Translations under genes and position numbers: made by a program
Assembly: GCA_907165135.1 (NCBI GenBank)
Contig: OU015567.1
Location: forward strand, 9,424,001-9,488,000
Length of the DNA stretch: 64,000 bases
Source: Oikopleura dioica
Taxonomy: Eukaryota > Animalia > Chordata
Reading direction: 5' to 3'
The notes under the pieces: model-generated
Database searches by the model: none
What the model was told of the DNA's origin: nothing
What the model saw: the letters and a program-made list of their open reading frames with translations, nothing else
In this document: positions 9,598 to 25,854 of the stretch, in pieces
Position numbering within the stretch: the first letter of the stretch is position 1
How the letters are laid out: each line of letters opens with the position of its first letter

Positions 9598-12500
9598 ATG
9601 ACGATAGCCGACGAGGAGGTGAACGCCGAGACAGAGGATGCCATCGAAGAAAGCCCCTGTAATAGATGGCACTGCCGAAATGAAAAGGTCAACCACATGT
9701 CCGGCATCGACGTCGCCTACCTCGCCATGGACATCGAGGAGGGCGTCGAGGTCATCTGGAACGAGATCATCTTTCAAGAAGAATACAAATCCGTCTTCCT
9801 CGAGAACGAGCCGGGAATAAGAAACAACCTCGATGCGCTCAAAAATTTGGCCCATCCGAATATACTCAAAGTGAGTAGCGATCCATAAGCAGTTAAAAAT
9901 TCAAATGCTGGTGTTCAGTTCCATGACTACTGGATACAAGGGGTTGATGGGCCTTGGACAAACTACCAAAACAAGGAAATGAGGACGATACGGGTCGTTT
10001 TCATCACCGAATACACTGGCGGCTCGGGCACTCTAAAGGACTTCCTCCGCAGATCCGTCAAGGCACAGCCCTGCGATAAAGTGAAAAAGTGAGTTTAAGC
10101 CCCCGCGAGTTTAATCAGTATAAATCTCTTAAACTCGTGTCTAAGTACTTGTCTCATTGCAGCCTACTAATTGGGCGGGGTAGACAATGATTAGATGAGT
10201 GTCTAATATGGTTCGTTTTCAAGCTGGACCCGATGGTGCAATCAAATCCTCTCCGCTTTGCACTACATGCACTCTCTTGGGACGATCCACGGCAATCTGA
10301 GCACCGACACAATTTTCCTTCAGCACCAAGGCCTGCTCAAGATTGGCTACTTTTACGTCGACCTGATACGCAATCACAGGGATCCAAAGTTAAACACAAA
10401 GGTTCGAGGATCACAGAATCAGCGTTACTTCCCAGACGAGAAATCTTCCTCTGCATTCGACATTTACTCTTTTGGTGTGATTGCGCGCGAGATGCTCATC
10501 CCTTCTACCTTCGCTGAGGCCGAATTGCAAAAGGCGGAGCCTGGAAAAGACGTTTCAGGTAAGAACTTTCTCTTGAACAGAAGCTCTGAATGAATGCCAG
10601 AATTGAGTACCTTTTTTAGACTTCGCCGAGAGCCTAGTGACGTTCAGACAAAGGTTCACATCCGAAAGCGACAAAGCTGAATTCATCGAGCTCTGTCTGA
10701 TGCCGGCGGACAGAAGGCCAGAAGCGAAATTTCTGCTACGGCATCAGAGTCTTTTCGAGGTAACATTAAGAAATTTGTAGTTTATTACTAATCAATCAAC
10801 ACGTCACTGGCGGTCGTGACGTTTTGTCAATGAGAATTTTATCGTTTATAAAATGAATATTTACCGATTATTTGCCTTTTTACAAAGAGACTAGTTACAG
10901 ATTCAGTTTTGACGACGCAAACGCGAAAAACAGGGCTGCTTGTTAGTACACTTTAGCAGAAATCGATTGACCTAGAATAATCTCTTTTGATACTCCGAAT
11001 TTATCAATATTCATCCCTTTTTGTCTTTGAACCTCAAAAGCAATCTTTTTAAAAAAGAGGAACAAGCTTTTACCCAAAAGAGAATTTAACATTCAGTAAG
11101 TAAAACAGTTGATCATTAACTAAAATTTTCTCGGGATAACGATTTCTTGCGGTTTTATTTTGTTATCGGGCGCCACTATTTGACGAAAAATAGTATATAA
11201 AATCTACGAGGACTTCTATTATGAATTGAAAATTATATTTTAAAAATGACGCTACATCAGTAGTAATAACTTCCGGTTTCTTAAACCGTTTACAGATCAC
11301 AGCCAAAGATAAATTCAAATAAACTCTGAGTACAATGACTTCGAATCTCTATTTCTTCAGTTCATGACGCAAGTAACAATGTTTATCGTAGTTATCTCCC
11401 CTGCAAATCCTCGCTGCACACACTGTTAATCAATTTCGAACGATAATCAAAGACATAGACGGGAATCTTAAAGAGCATCAAGACGAGTACGACAAGGAAT
11501 AGGGCTCGAAATTTCGAATGATTTAACACCCGATAAATGCTTGGATACACTTTTTATTGCGATTTAGGGCCGCGTTTATTTATTTTTGGAAATTTGAAAA
11601 CTTGACTTTCAATCCTCAAAATTCAAGAGCCCAGAATCAGATCATAGCAATGTGCGTGATGAGTGGCAAAGAAATGAAATTCACGAAACAGGACAACGCG
11701 CGACGCAATTTGTACCAAGACCTCGACAGATTGTTGCTGGACATTCAAAGCGGCCTCTACCCGGTTAACGGTGGTGCTGGAGTAAGAGGGGAAGTCCTCA
11801 ACAGTGAAAAAATGGAGAAGCATACAGAGCCGAGAGAAATAACTTGTCCGGTAAGGCGTTTTTATAATTACAATTGTTGCGAAACGGATCTATTTTAATC
11901 ATGATTCGGGGGAATATTTTTGTCTCAGTGAAATCAAGGAAGAGGTAAAGATTTTCTGCGTTACGTAGTATTCTTTGACAATCATAAATATTTTTATTTC
12001 GACAATATTTTGAAGGCATTCTTTGAGGTTTATTGGAGCTTGTTGTTGATGGTTTTATATCCGTTTATGATAGTTCTGATTTGGCATTTTGCGGATCGAC
12101 TTCCCGTTTTTGAATTTGATTTTGTGAGAGCAGATACTACGGTAATCGGTTAATCCAACGTGACCTCAATGTTCCTTCGATTTCCCACTGGGTTTTTGCG
12201 TAAATTCCCAGCGCACTATTCTCTTGATAATAGGCGCTAATACTCATAGTGCACAATGAGGTCAATCACGGTCTTAACATGTCGACATTGATGCTGTCTC
12301 AAGTTGACATCTGTTTAGAACGAGATTGATAATTCAGTGCTTCGCTCATTTTCGAGCATGAAATTTTAAGAGACAAAAATATAACAGCAAAGAAAACGAT
12401 TCTCTCTGGAAATTCTCATTTTTATAATTTCAGCCGCAGAAAATGGTCAAAGAGAGCGAGGAAAAGAAGTGCGAAGAGAAAAGAGCTGCTCACATCGAGT

Positions 12501-13008
12501 GCCTAATTACACAAGAGCCAAACGGAGGGGGATACTCCATCATTATCGATGTTGATCTGGCAGGTCCCTTGAAACCAGAAGATAAAAAGTGAGTTTCTAA
12601 TCATCAAGATTATTTTTCTAAAAACGTATTTTGAATTTTAAAATGATTCACTATTTCCGTTGAGTCAAGTTTAGTAAACTTAGTTTACCCGTCGATAGAA
12701 TTGAGTTCAAAAATCGTTCTTGTCTATTTTATCTGACCATATTATTCCAGAGACGCATCGAGAACACCGGAATGCAAAAGACATCTCGAGACAAAGCTAA
12801 ACAGCGCTGACACTCCGGAATCCATCGCCCAGGAACTCGCCGACTTCGCCTTTATAAGCGAGCATGACGTAGAAGTCATGCGCATGGTGATAGAGGTATG
12901 CTGTCCTTCAATAATCAAGCTCTTTACTTTGTTTAGGATCAATATAAGCTTGTACAGAACATGGTCTTCACGAATACGGCGCCAGTTCGCGAGACTCCAG
13001 GCGTGTAA
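9598..13008 (+). CDS. NRBP1: Nuclear receptor-binding protein (NRBP) pseudokinase
   Basis: EESPCNRW...AYLAMDIEEGVEVIWNEI, VVFITEY, HGNLSTDTIF and no DFG. Downstream exons give LQILAAH (BC-box-like, from 11392), DLDRLLLDIQSGLYP (11635-11850) and ELADFALISEHD. The NRBP1 versus NRBP2 distinction is not meaningful here. Confidence 0.9.
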
Positions 13009-13505
13009 CGCATGCGGCATGCCCCGGCGGCCAAGAAGTGCCAGTTCAAGGCTACCAACAAAACAACTATTCCAAGAAGAAAGCCACCGCTGAAACTGCT
13101 GATAACACTCTTTTTTACAGCTCATGAAAAGCATCTGTATAATTTTCTCTATTTACATATATATATTTCAAATGCCCTCTAACCCTATTTCTTTTCGAAA
13201 AAGCTACTGTTCCATCAAAAATCCACGTTCACTACCAGTTGTCGCAACTTAAAATCTTGAATATTGAAAATATTTTCTCGTGGGTTTACAGACCAACAAA
13301 ATAATAACAATAAAAAACAACAAAGCTTCCATCTTTTTGAAAAAATACACCTCTACATGTTCTGTCTAAACAAAAATACATATGGCTTCATGCATTTGCT
13401 TCAGATAAAATAACTAAATTCAAAAAAGAATGATTCTAACAAAAATGTATTTTTTCTTATCAATGAAATCGCTTTCAGAAAGGGATATCAAAGAGCTCTG
13501 TGGCG

Positions 13506-16500
13506 ATGAGTCGGATCGATCTACCTCAAAAAGAGAACAATCTCTTTCAAAAATTGATGAAGTGTTATGAGCAAAAGCAGTTCAAAAACGGACTTCGTCA
13601 CGCCAAGGTTCGAAGTTCGTTCAGTCTTTTCAATCGAAGTTTCAATTTTCATCCTTGAAAATAGAAAAACATCGCGCGCGTCCTATCGCCTTTTGTATTT
13701 CGCGCCTCGGCGAGCCAATCAGTGGCTTTTCCAATAATTTCCTCCCATCAACAAATTAAACATTTTTTCAGGCGATTTTATCTAATCCGAAATGTACGGA
13801 TCACGGAGAGACTCTTTCCATGAAGGGCTTGATTCTTTCGGCGATGAACAAGAGGGAAGAAGCATTGGAGCTGGCGAGAAAAGGGTTGAGCAAAAACTTT
13901 CGCTCGGGAACTTGTTGGCATGTTTACGGACTTGTCTTGCGGTCTGAGAAGAAGTATGAAGAGGCAATTAAGGTAAGTTAGCGTAAATTGCGCATATTTA
14001 ATTGTGCCGTTGAATATCTCGTTATTACAGTCTACTTTCAGGCGTACTCAAACGCTGTAAAATGGGAAAACCGTAATCAACTCATTCTGAAAGATCTCAG
14101 CCATCTCCAGATTCAAATGCGCGATTACGAAGCCTTCAAGGTATTCTTCCCTTCTTCCTCCTTCAAATTATCTTCCTTGATTCCTAGAAATCCCGCCTAG
14201 ACTTGTTGACACTTCGTCCTACTCTGCGCGCTTCCTGGATTGGTTTCGCCGTGGCTAATCACCTTCTCGGCGAGCTTGATACGGCATTTGATGTTCTTGA
14301 GGAATTCCGCACGGTGAGTACGCTGATTTAAAACATGGATTGTCCGGATAATTGTTGTTACATAAAAGTATTATAAAATAAATCAGTACAAATTATACAA
14401 GTTGTTAACGGCTGAACGAGCACGATTCGGTTGAAAATCTGAAATTAAAACTGATTTATTTCAGACTCAAAATAAAACTGAAGGACAACGAAGCAGGGAC
14501 CACGATTCTGACTATGAGAACTCGGAGATTATCCTCTACCAAGCAAAGATACTTATCGAGCAAAAGAAGCACAAGCAAGCCGTTGAGTTTTTGGAGAAGA
14601 ATACGGAAGAGATACTTGATGTGCCGCAATACCATGAAACCCTAGGAGATGTAAGTAGCTGTGGTTATTTTTTTCAGAAAACTTGAAGATAATACAAACT
14701 ATCGAATTTTATAGCTTCGCCTTATTCTCGGAGAAAACGATCAAGCCGAGGAGCACTTCACTCTTCTTGTCCATCGAAATCCTGAAAAACGAGTCTACTA
14801 CGAAAAACTTGCTCAAGCAGTCGAAGCGACTTCCGATCCCCTCCGTATTAACGAGTTTTACGATGCGATGGCGAACGCCTTTCCTCGTTCCAAAGTGAGT
14901 GTAGTAACATACCATCTTTCTTACATAACCGCTCTCTCTCTCTCCCTTATATAGATATATATTATATATTCGAAACTAGGTGACAGTCGGACAATTAATC
15001 TATTTTTACATTAGCTCCCGCTTCTTATCCCCTTGGAAATCGTCGATGGCGAGATCTTCAGCAAGCGTCTTCGTCACTACTTCAAATCATCCCTTCGAAA
15101 ATGCCTTCCAAACATACATGTAACCCTCCGCCCAATTTACAACGACGCGACGAAACGCAATGAGCTCGAGCAGCTGGCTCTCTCCTTCCTTGCGCAGCTG
15201 GAGAATACGGAATCGATGGAAGACGGGGACGAGCGCGAGTCACCTGCATGTCTTGTCTGGCTCTACCACTTCCTCGCGCAGCACTTCGACTACTTGAAGG
15301 ACTACGAGATGGCCTTACGCTATGTCAACCTTGCTTTGGAGCATACACCTACTATCACAGATCTGTATGTTACCAAAGGCAGGATATACAAGCACGCTGG
15401 ACACATTCAATACGCTGCTGCATGCCTTGACGAAGCTCAGAGTCTCGGTATATCTACTGACAAACCATCATTTCTCAAATTTACAATTAGACACTGCCGA
15501 TAGATATCTCAATTGCAAATGCTGTCGCTATCTTATCCGGGCCGGAGAAGTCGAAAAAGCCGAAAAAATGGCCGAACAGTTCACTAGAGAAAACACAACA
15601 GTTCAAGAAAACCTAAAAGAGATGCAAGTTCTTTGGTTCCAAATAGAGTGTGCTCAAGCCTATTACAGACAAGGTACAATCGTAGAAGACGTGATTTTAT
15701 TTCAATATTTCATCAGGTAAATATGGTTTGGCACTTAGAAAATGTTGCGAAATCGAAAATGTCTTTGCCGATGTTACAGAGGATCAATTTGACTTCCACA
15801 ACTATTGTATGAGAAAGATGACTCTAGGAGAGTACGTCGAAATGCTCAGATGGGAAGACTCCGTTCGGTAAGAATGACTTGCATCTCAATGGCTGTTATA
15901 TGTCTGAATATAGAGAACAGAAATACTTCCGAGCAGCAGCCCTCATCGCGGTCAATATTTATATTCAAATTCACGATGGAAGCTGGAATCCTGAAACAGG
16001 AGGAAGCGCATCTGCCGAAGCGAATCTAAGCGAAGCGGAGTTGAAGAAACTCAAAAGCAAGAAAAAGAAAGGTAGACGTTCGTTTCTTTTCATTATTATG
16101 ATGCAATATTATGTCTGTCTGAAATCCATATTCTCGTTCTTAGAAGCGCTAAAGAAAAAGAAGGAGGACGAGAAAAAGAAGAAAGAAGGCGCGAAGCGAA
16201 ACGCAGAGCCTGTGAAAGAAGATCCCCTCGAACCGGAAAAGCTGCTCAAAGAGGCGCAAGAAAAGGCACTTGAGAAAGCAAAAGAATGGTGCCAGTGGCT
16301 TGAAACGCTGAGGTAATCGCTTTTCACCTGAGATTGTGTCTTTACAAACGAATTCCAGCCCCAATTGGCTCCCGGGACAAGTTGCTGCATATGAGCTAGC
16401 AAAGAGGCGTAAGCAGCCCTTCCAGCAGCTGAGAGCGGTTAAGCGGCTTATTAATCATCACGGACTAGACAACGCGGCCGTGCACTTCACTGTCTGCGAC

Positions 16501-17032
16501 TGGATCAGCCAGGCAAAGCAGACAATTGACTCCGTTGAAGATGAAGTTGTCTCGAAAGTGCTAGCTGATGGACATGGCGAGATCCAGGCGCTTACAGGAG
16601 ATGTAGCTTCTTATAACAAAAAGTATTTGACAGGTACTCTTCCTTGATTTCAGATCTTCGTAAGATATAATCGATTTTGGAAGTCTTCATTTATAACATC
16701 AAATATCTTTAGATAACAGATCATCATATCCTCATCGCCTCCAGGTCGCCCGCGTCGCCAAGATCGTCGAGAAATCGGACGACATCGAATCTATCATCGA
16801 AGGCGACTTTTCCGCCGGTACTATCGATGATTACAAAGAAGGAGTTGCCTTGTCCAAGAGCTCAAAATTGATTGAAGCTGCTAAATCCCTGTTCCCTCTT
16901 GCGATTGAGTTCGGAGCCGAATCGGATAATCCCCCTCGGTAAGTCATCTTTTCCGTTGGCTATTGGAATCAGGCTCCATTTAGAATGCTGAAGGAGTTCG
17001 ACCAAAGCAACGGTCAAAAGAACGAAAAGTAA
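13506..17032 (+). CDS. NAA15: N-alpha-acetyltransferase 15/16, NatA auxiliary subunit
   Basis: [95 protein letters not shown]. The stop is at 16942 or, with one more intron, at 17032. Confidence 0.95.
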
Positions 17033-17270
17033 TCTGTGAATGAGATCACGAATACCGTCTTCCTCACAAATGGCTTGCAAATTAGAATATTTTTAATATT
17101 TATTTAATTTCATATCAATAATGACTTGTGCATGAGTTAACACATGTGGGTTTACTTTTTTCTATCTGCCAACCAAACGCCACACAGAAGAACGCCTTGA
17201 AAGAACAAGCTACCAAGTGATTAGACAAAATTAAAAATCGCAACAATCTCCAGACTTTTTTTTAAAGATT

Positions 17271-17779
17271 ATGAATCGGGTCGTAAGTCGGAAATTGAGT
17301 GGGTATCAAAAGCTAAGACCAAAGAAGAATGTCAAAGCAACAGGCGTAGGGATCAAAGTCAGTTTTATTGAAGAATTAAAAAAAAAAACGAAAAGCGTTT
17401 TTGATCCCCAAAGGAGCTGGTAGCGCCAAACAAACAACTCGGCTTTGTCAAGCCGAAAACGGGCTATCTTGAAGTCGAAACCGGACGGACCATCGGTGGC
17501 AAGAAAGAGATCAAAATCATCGAGTCCGACGAGATGCTCCAGATGCGCATGATCGAAATCAAGCGGGAAGAAACGTTCCAGAAGGTGCGCTGGTATTTGC
17601 CCATTTTTCTTTTCTTGGCATCGTCGTGGGTGTTTCTTGGCTTCAGTGACTCACAGATCAAACCCTCGGATGCGTATGTCGACTATTGGCAGGAAAAGAA
17701 TCCGGAGAAGTCTTTGATTGAAATTGCTAAAGAACGATATCAACTGATGAAAGAATATTATAATGAAAATGTCAAATGA
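17271..17779 (+). CDS. Small orphan single-pass membrane protein with a basic N-terminus (possible mitochondrial targeting)
   Basis: MNRVVSRKLSGYQKLRPKKNVKATGVGIK, then one GT-AG intron, then ELVAPNKQLGFVKPK...RWYLPIFLFLASSWVFLGFSDSQ...ENVK*. Confidence 0.65.
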
Positions 17780-17829
17780 TTCCTTTTGTCTAATTCAATC
17801 AGCTAATTTTATATTAATCACTTTTTATT

Positions 17830-17843
17830 TTTCAATTATTTAG
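17830..17843 (+). promoter_or_regulatory. Probable trans-splice acceptor of TRAPPC1
   Basis: U-rich tract ending tatttag, 5 nt before the ATG and about 64 nt after the upstream stop. Confidence 0.55.
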
Positions 17844-17848
17844 AAAAA

Positions 17849-18313
17849 ATGGTGGTGTATAATTTGTATATTTTGGGCAAAAACGGACAGTCGTTGTTCT
17901 ACCGAGAGTGGCTAAGGGAACAGAGCTCGAACCTATCGAGGGATGAAGAGGACAAGCTTATGGTTGGCTTGCTCTTTTCTCTTTCAAATTTTGCGAGGAA
18001 AATGTCGAGTACGCCGGGAACTGGGGCCTTCAAGTCATTCAAGGTACACAGGACTTTCTTTCGTCTTACCAAAATTTAGACATCCAAATACCAACTGCAC
18101 TACTGGGAAAGTCCGACTGGAATCAAGCTTGTGCTGAATACATCTACAGACGTCGAGCCTTGCCACGACCACTTGTCCACCCTCTACCACCACATATTTA
18201 TCCAAACCGTAGTCAAAAATCCCCTTGTTCCGCTCACGGAGCCAATCAACTCTTCGTTATTTGTCTCTAAGCTGGATGCCTTCATAAAACAACAGACATT
18301 CTTTCAGGATTAG
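17849..18313 (+). CDS. TRAPPC1: Trafficking protein particle complex subunit 1 (Bet5)
   Basis: MVVYNLYILGKNGQSLFYREW...EEDKLMVGLLFSLSNF...FKSFK|TSKYQLHYWESPTGIKLVLNT...IFIQTVVKNPL. Confidence 0.93.
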
Positions 18314-18523
18314 TGCTGCTTTGTTAAAATAACCATGTGCAATTTTTCAAATTTATCGCGCTTGTTTTCAAGTTCGTGGCGAGATTCTAGATCTATACCC
18401 TGTCTGTTTGTGCAAATCTTCATTTCTAATTATTATTCATCCGCCTGCCATCGTTGGATGTTCAGTCCTCATGACTACCTTAAGACTTACGGACGTGAGA
18501 AGTGGGATTCCCTGTTACAAACC

Positions 18524-22938
<4,415 letters not shown>

Positions 22939-25854
22939 AACGATCATCACAAACACTTGTTGCTTTCTATACTTTTTTCTCTCGCCTGTTCCTTGTTTAT
23001 CTCTTTTATAGCTGCACCGGGTTACTTTTTGTCCTTTTTTCGCGCGCCCGGGCGCTTTCCGGATGTGAAATCATATTACTTTTTCCGTCGATAATAATTT
23101 TTGTAATGCGCCTAAAATTATGCCTCAAAACAGCCGTCGCGAATTTTTTACCAAAAAAACGTTTCTGTTCAACAATTTAACACCGAGCAGTTTTCTTACA
23201 TTGAACCGCGTTAACAAACACTACTAAAAAGCCAAGGCCACAAACGTTCTGACAAAGGAATAAAATATATTTTTGTTCATATTTTATCTTGACACCTGGT
23301 TTCGCCTCTTCATATCGTATCGAAATACCCATCCCGTGTCCTGTTTTTATAACGCTTTACAAATGTTATGCTCTACAAATTTTAACGGTCAAATACTAGC
23401 ATCAAACAAAATCATCGTGATTCTCCAATACTCTAGGGTCGTTTCTGTGAAGCCTAGAATATGAAAAATACTTAATACTTGTTCCTGTAGTATCCACGAA
23501 CCTGATCATCAACTAGGATCGCCTATTATCTCCTATTTTGAATGTCAAATCAGCATATAAAGGTGTTAAAAACACCCCGTGGTGGGGAAAAGGTCAAGAT
23601 ATCTAGCCATCAAATGATCTCATAGGAACGTTTTCAGCTGGATATTATTCATTTGTGTCTGTTCCTGTTTGATCAGATGAGATTTTCCCCGAAATTGTGT
23701 TCCTACTTCTCATTTTTTCCTCCTCGTTAACGGCAGTCTGACCGTGAGTAAAAAAAACGAAAGCTTATATTTACTATTTTTACTTTCTCTCCCGTCGCAA
23801 GAGCTTGAAACCGCACAAAAAAATGGTCACAAATACTCAAAAGTAAATGCAGCAAATGGTACCACCATCTAAACATCAACCTGCTTAAGTCCCAATCACT
23901 CAGAGCCAATCACTCTTTATACTTAAAGTCCTTTCTTCGCTGGCCACTTGATGTCGAGCTGTAACAAAAAAATAACGCAGTTGAGGTCTTTTTTAAATCC
24001 GTCTTCATTCCGACCAGGTCATCATTAATAAAAAACCACTTTACTCAATCTATCTTCATTATTTTAATTGATACGAAAAAAACCTAATTTGCCTATAAAA
24101 AGCTCCAAACTACTTCTACTACTTTCTGTTAGGCTCGGCCCCTTGGGAGAGTTTTCTATCTGACTAACTTCTTGGCCACCCGAAAAGTCCACCCCCTATT
24201 CTTTGAAATCTCGGTTGAAAAAGTTGCTGAACCCAGTTTTTAATCAATAGCCTTTTCGCTGGCCGTCCGACGTCAACCTCAAATGGCTACCTAATAGTCC
24301 TTTTTTCCCGAATTTTACCTTACCTTTGTTATTCCTTAATTTTGGCCTTAGTACAACTGAACACTCTTCACCTTAAAACACACTGTTACCAACACACAGT
24401 CCCTCTTGAACTGCGCCCGAGCTTGAATTGAAAAACAACTTTTAATGTTACAACCAATAATTACACCTACGCCCGAGTATGTTCCATTACCCACCTGAAC
24501 ACCATCATTTTTAGGTGATCGATCTTTCTGCTCATTTTCAATTTTTGATCTTTGCCAAAGACACAATAAAAAACCTTTTGCTGTATTCTCACGGGTCTCC
24601 CTGATGTCTAGCGCTGGTCCCAAAAGTTCCACAAACTTCGGTTCCGTATTTTTCGTTCCTTATTTTTATCGCTGAAAATCTTTCTGTACTACTAATCATC
24701 TGATATAACCGTGAAACAAGATGCGCACACACACACATAAGAACACTCTCACACTTTTACATGCTTGTTTTTGCAAAAATATATAAATATATAAGAAAAT
24801 AAATAAGCTTCAAATTCTGAATTCGGTGATTTTCTGAGCTTGAGTCTATCGCTCTCATTCTTTTTTCTTTCTTCATTATATATCTAGCCTATACATTGAT
24901 GCAAACAGGAGTCACTCTTGAATTACTATTAGCAAATCATGCAAAAAAAATCAACGAAAATCTTCATCAAAACGAGTTTTATTATATTTACAAGATTATT
25001 TAATTTTCCTTGTTACAATTACGCATGCATTGGCAGAAAATAAAGCTAGATGAAAAGGTGATTTGCAGCAAAAAGTTTCATGTTCTTCAGCTTGTGAAAT
25101 TCCTTTTGAGGTAAAATGAGTCCATGTCCACAAATCAATTCGATTCAATGCCGGGACTTTTTGTTACTTGAACGGATGACAGACCACATTGCAGGCAATT
25201 TTGTTAAACAAAATCAGACCCACATTTAACGATCCATTTATCAGTTTCATCCGCGGAATTTTCCACAGTTATTATCATAAAGCATTAAAGAAAACTAAAC
25301 CCGCTAACCTCCGATGATATCGCACAGACCGAGTTTCTATTTGACCGATTTGTTCCTTGATCACCTACTATGCTCGCAAGCTCGTCAAAGCTCCTCCTTG
25401 ATTTAGCAGCTTTATCTTCTCTTACCTTATTTTTGCCCCTTATTGACTATTGCTCAACCTGTCTACCGCTGATCTTCTTTTACCGACTTTAAACAGTAGC
25501 TATACTCATTTTAACATCGTAAACTTGTCTGATTTTTACCGAGTACAAATCTCACTCAAACGCACTACTCTTTTATTTAACCATTTACTTCGATTTTCAT
25601 TATTATTTACAGAGTTGTTTTAGGCTTTTCCAATTTTCCTTATTTTATCCGCTTATATGATATTTCCACCGATTGTGTTTCTTTTATCTCTGCATTTTTT
25701 ACAAATTCTGCGCGTTTAAGTTCTTCACGTAAACCGAGAATGAAACGAACTTAACCTTCCAATCGTCGACAATATATTTTGTAACAATTTGGTTTAATTT
25801 CATGTGACTCTAATGCAAATAAATTTAGAAGGTAATTCACTATTACATTGAAAG

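Noticed and set aside
11485-11635. Possible GA-AG intron in NRBP (donor at 11497)
   Set aside because: A canonical GT (11487) to AG (11627) pair also restores the frame, so a non-canonical donor cannot be claimed without reads.
11557-11898. ORF that first looked like a gene nested in an NRBP intron
   Set aside because: Its core (DLDRLLLDIQSGLYP) matches NRBP itself, so it is an ordinary exon.
12000-12320. Minus-strand coding-like stretch in an NRBP intron
   Set aside because: It has multiple stops in all frames and no recognisable transposon or gene motif.
24348-24632. 94-aa minus-strand ORF between the Argonautes
   Set aside because: No motif, no splice context and no start support; probably incidental.
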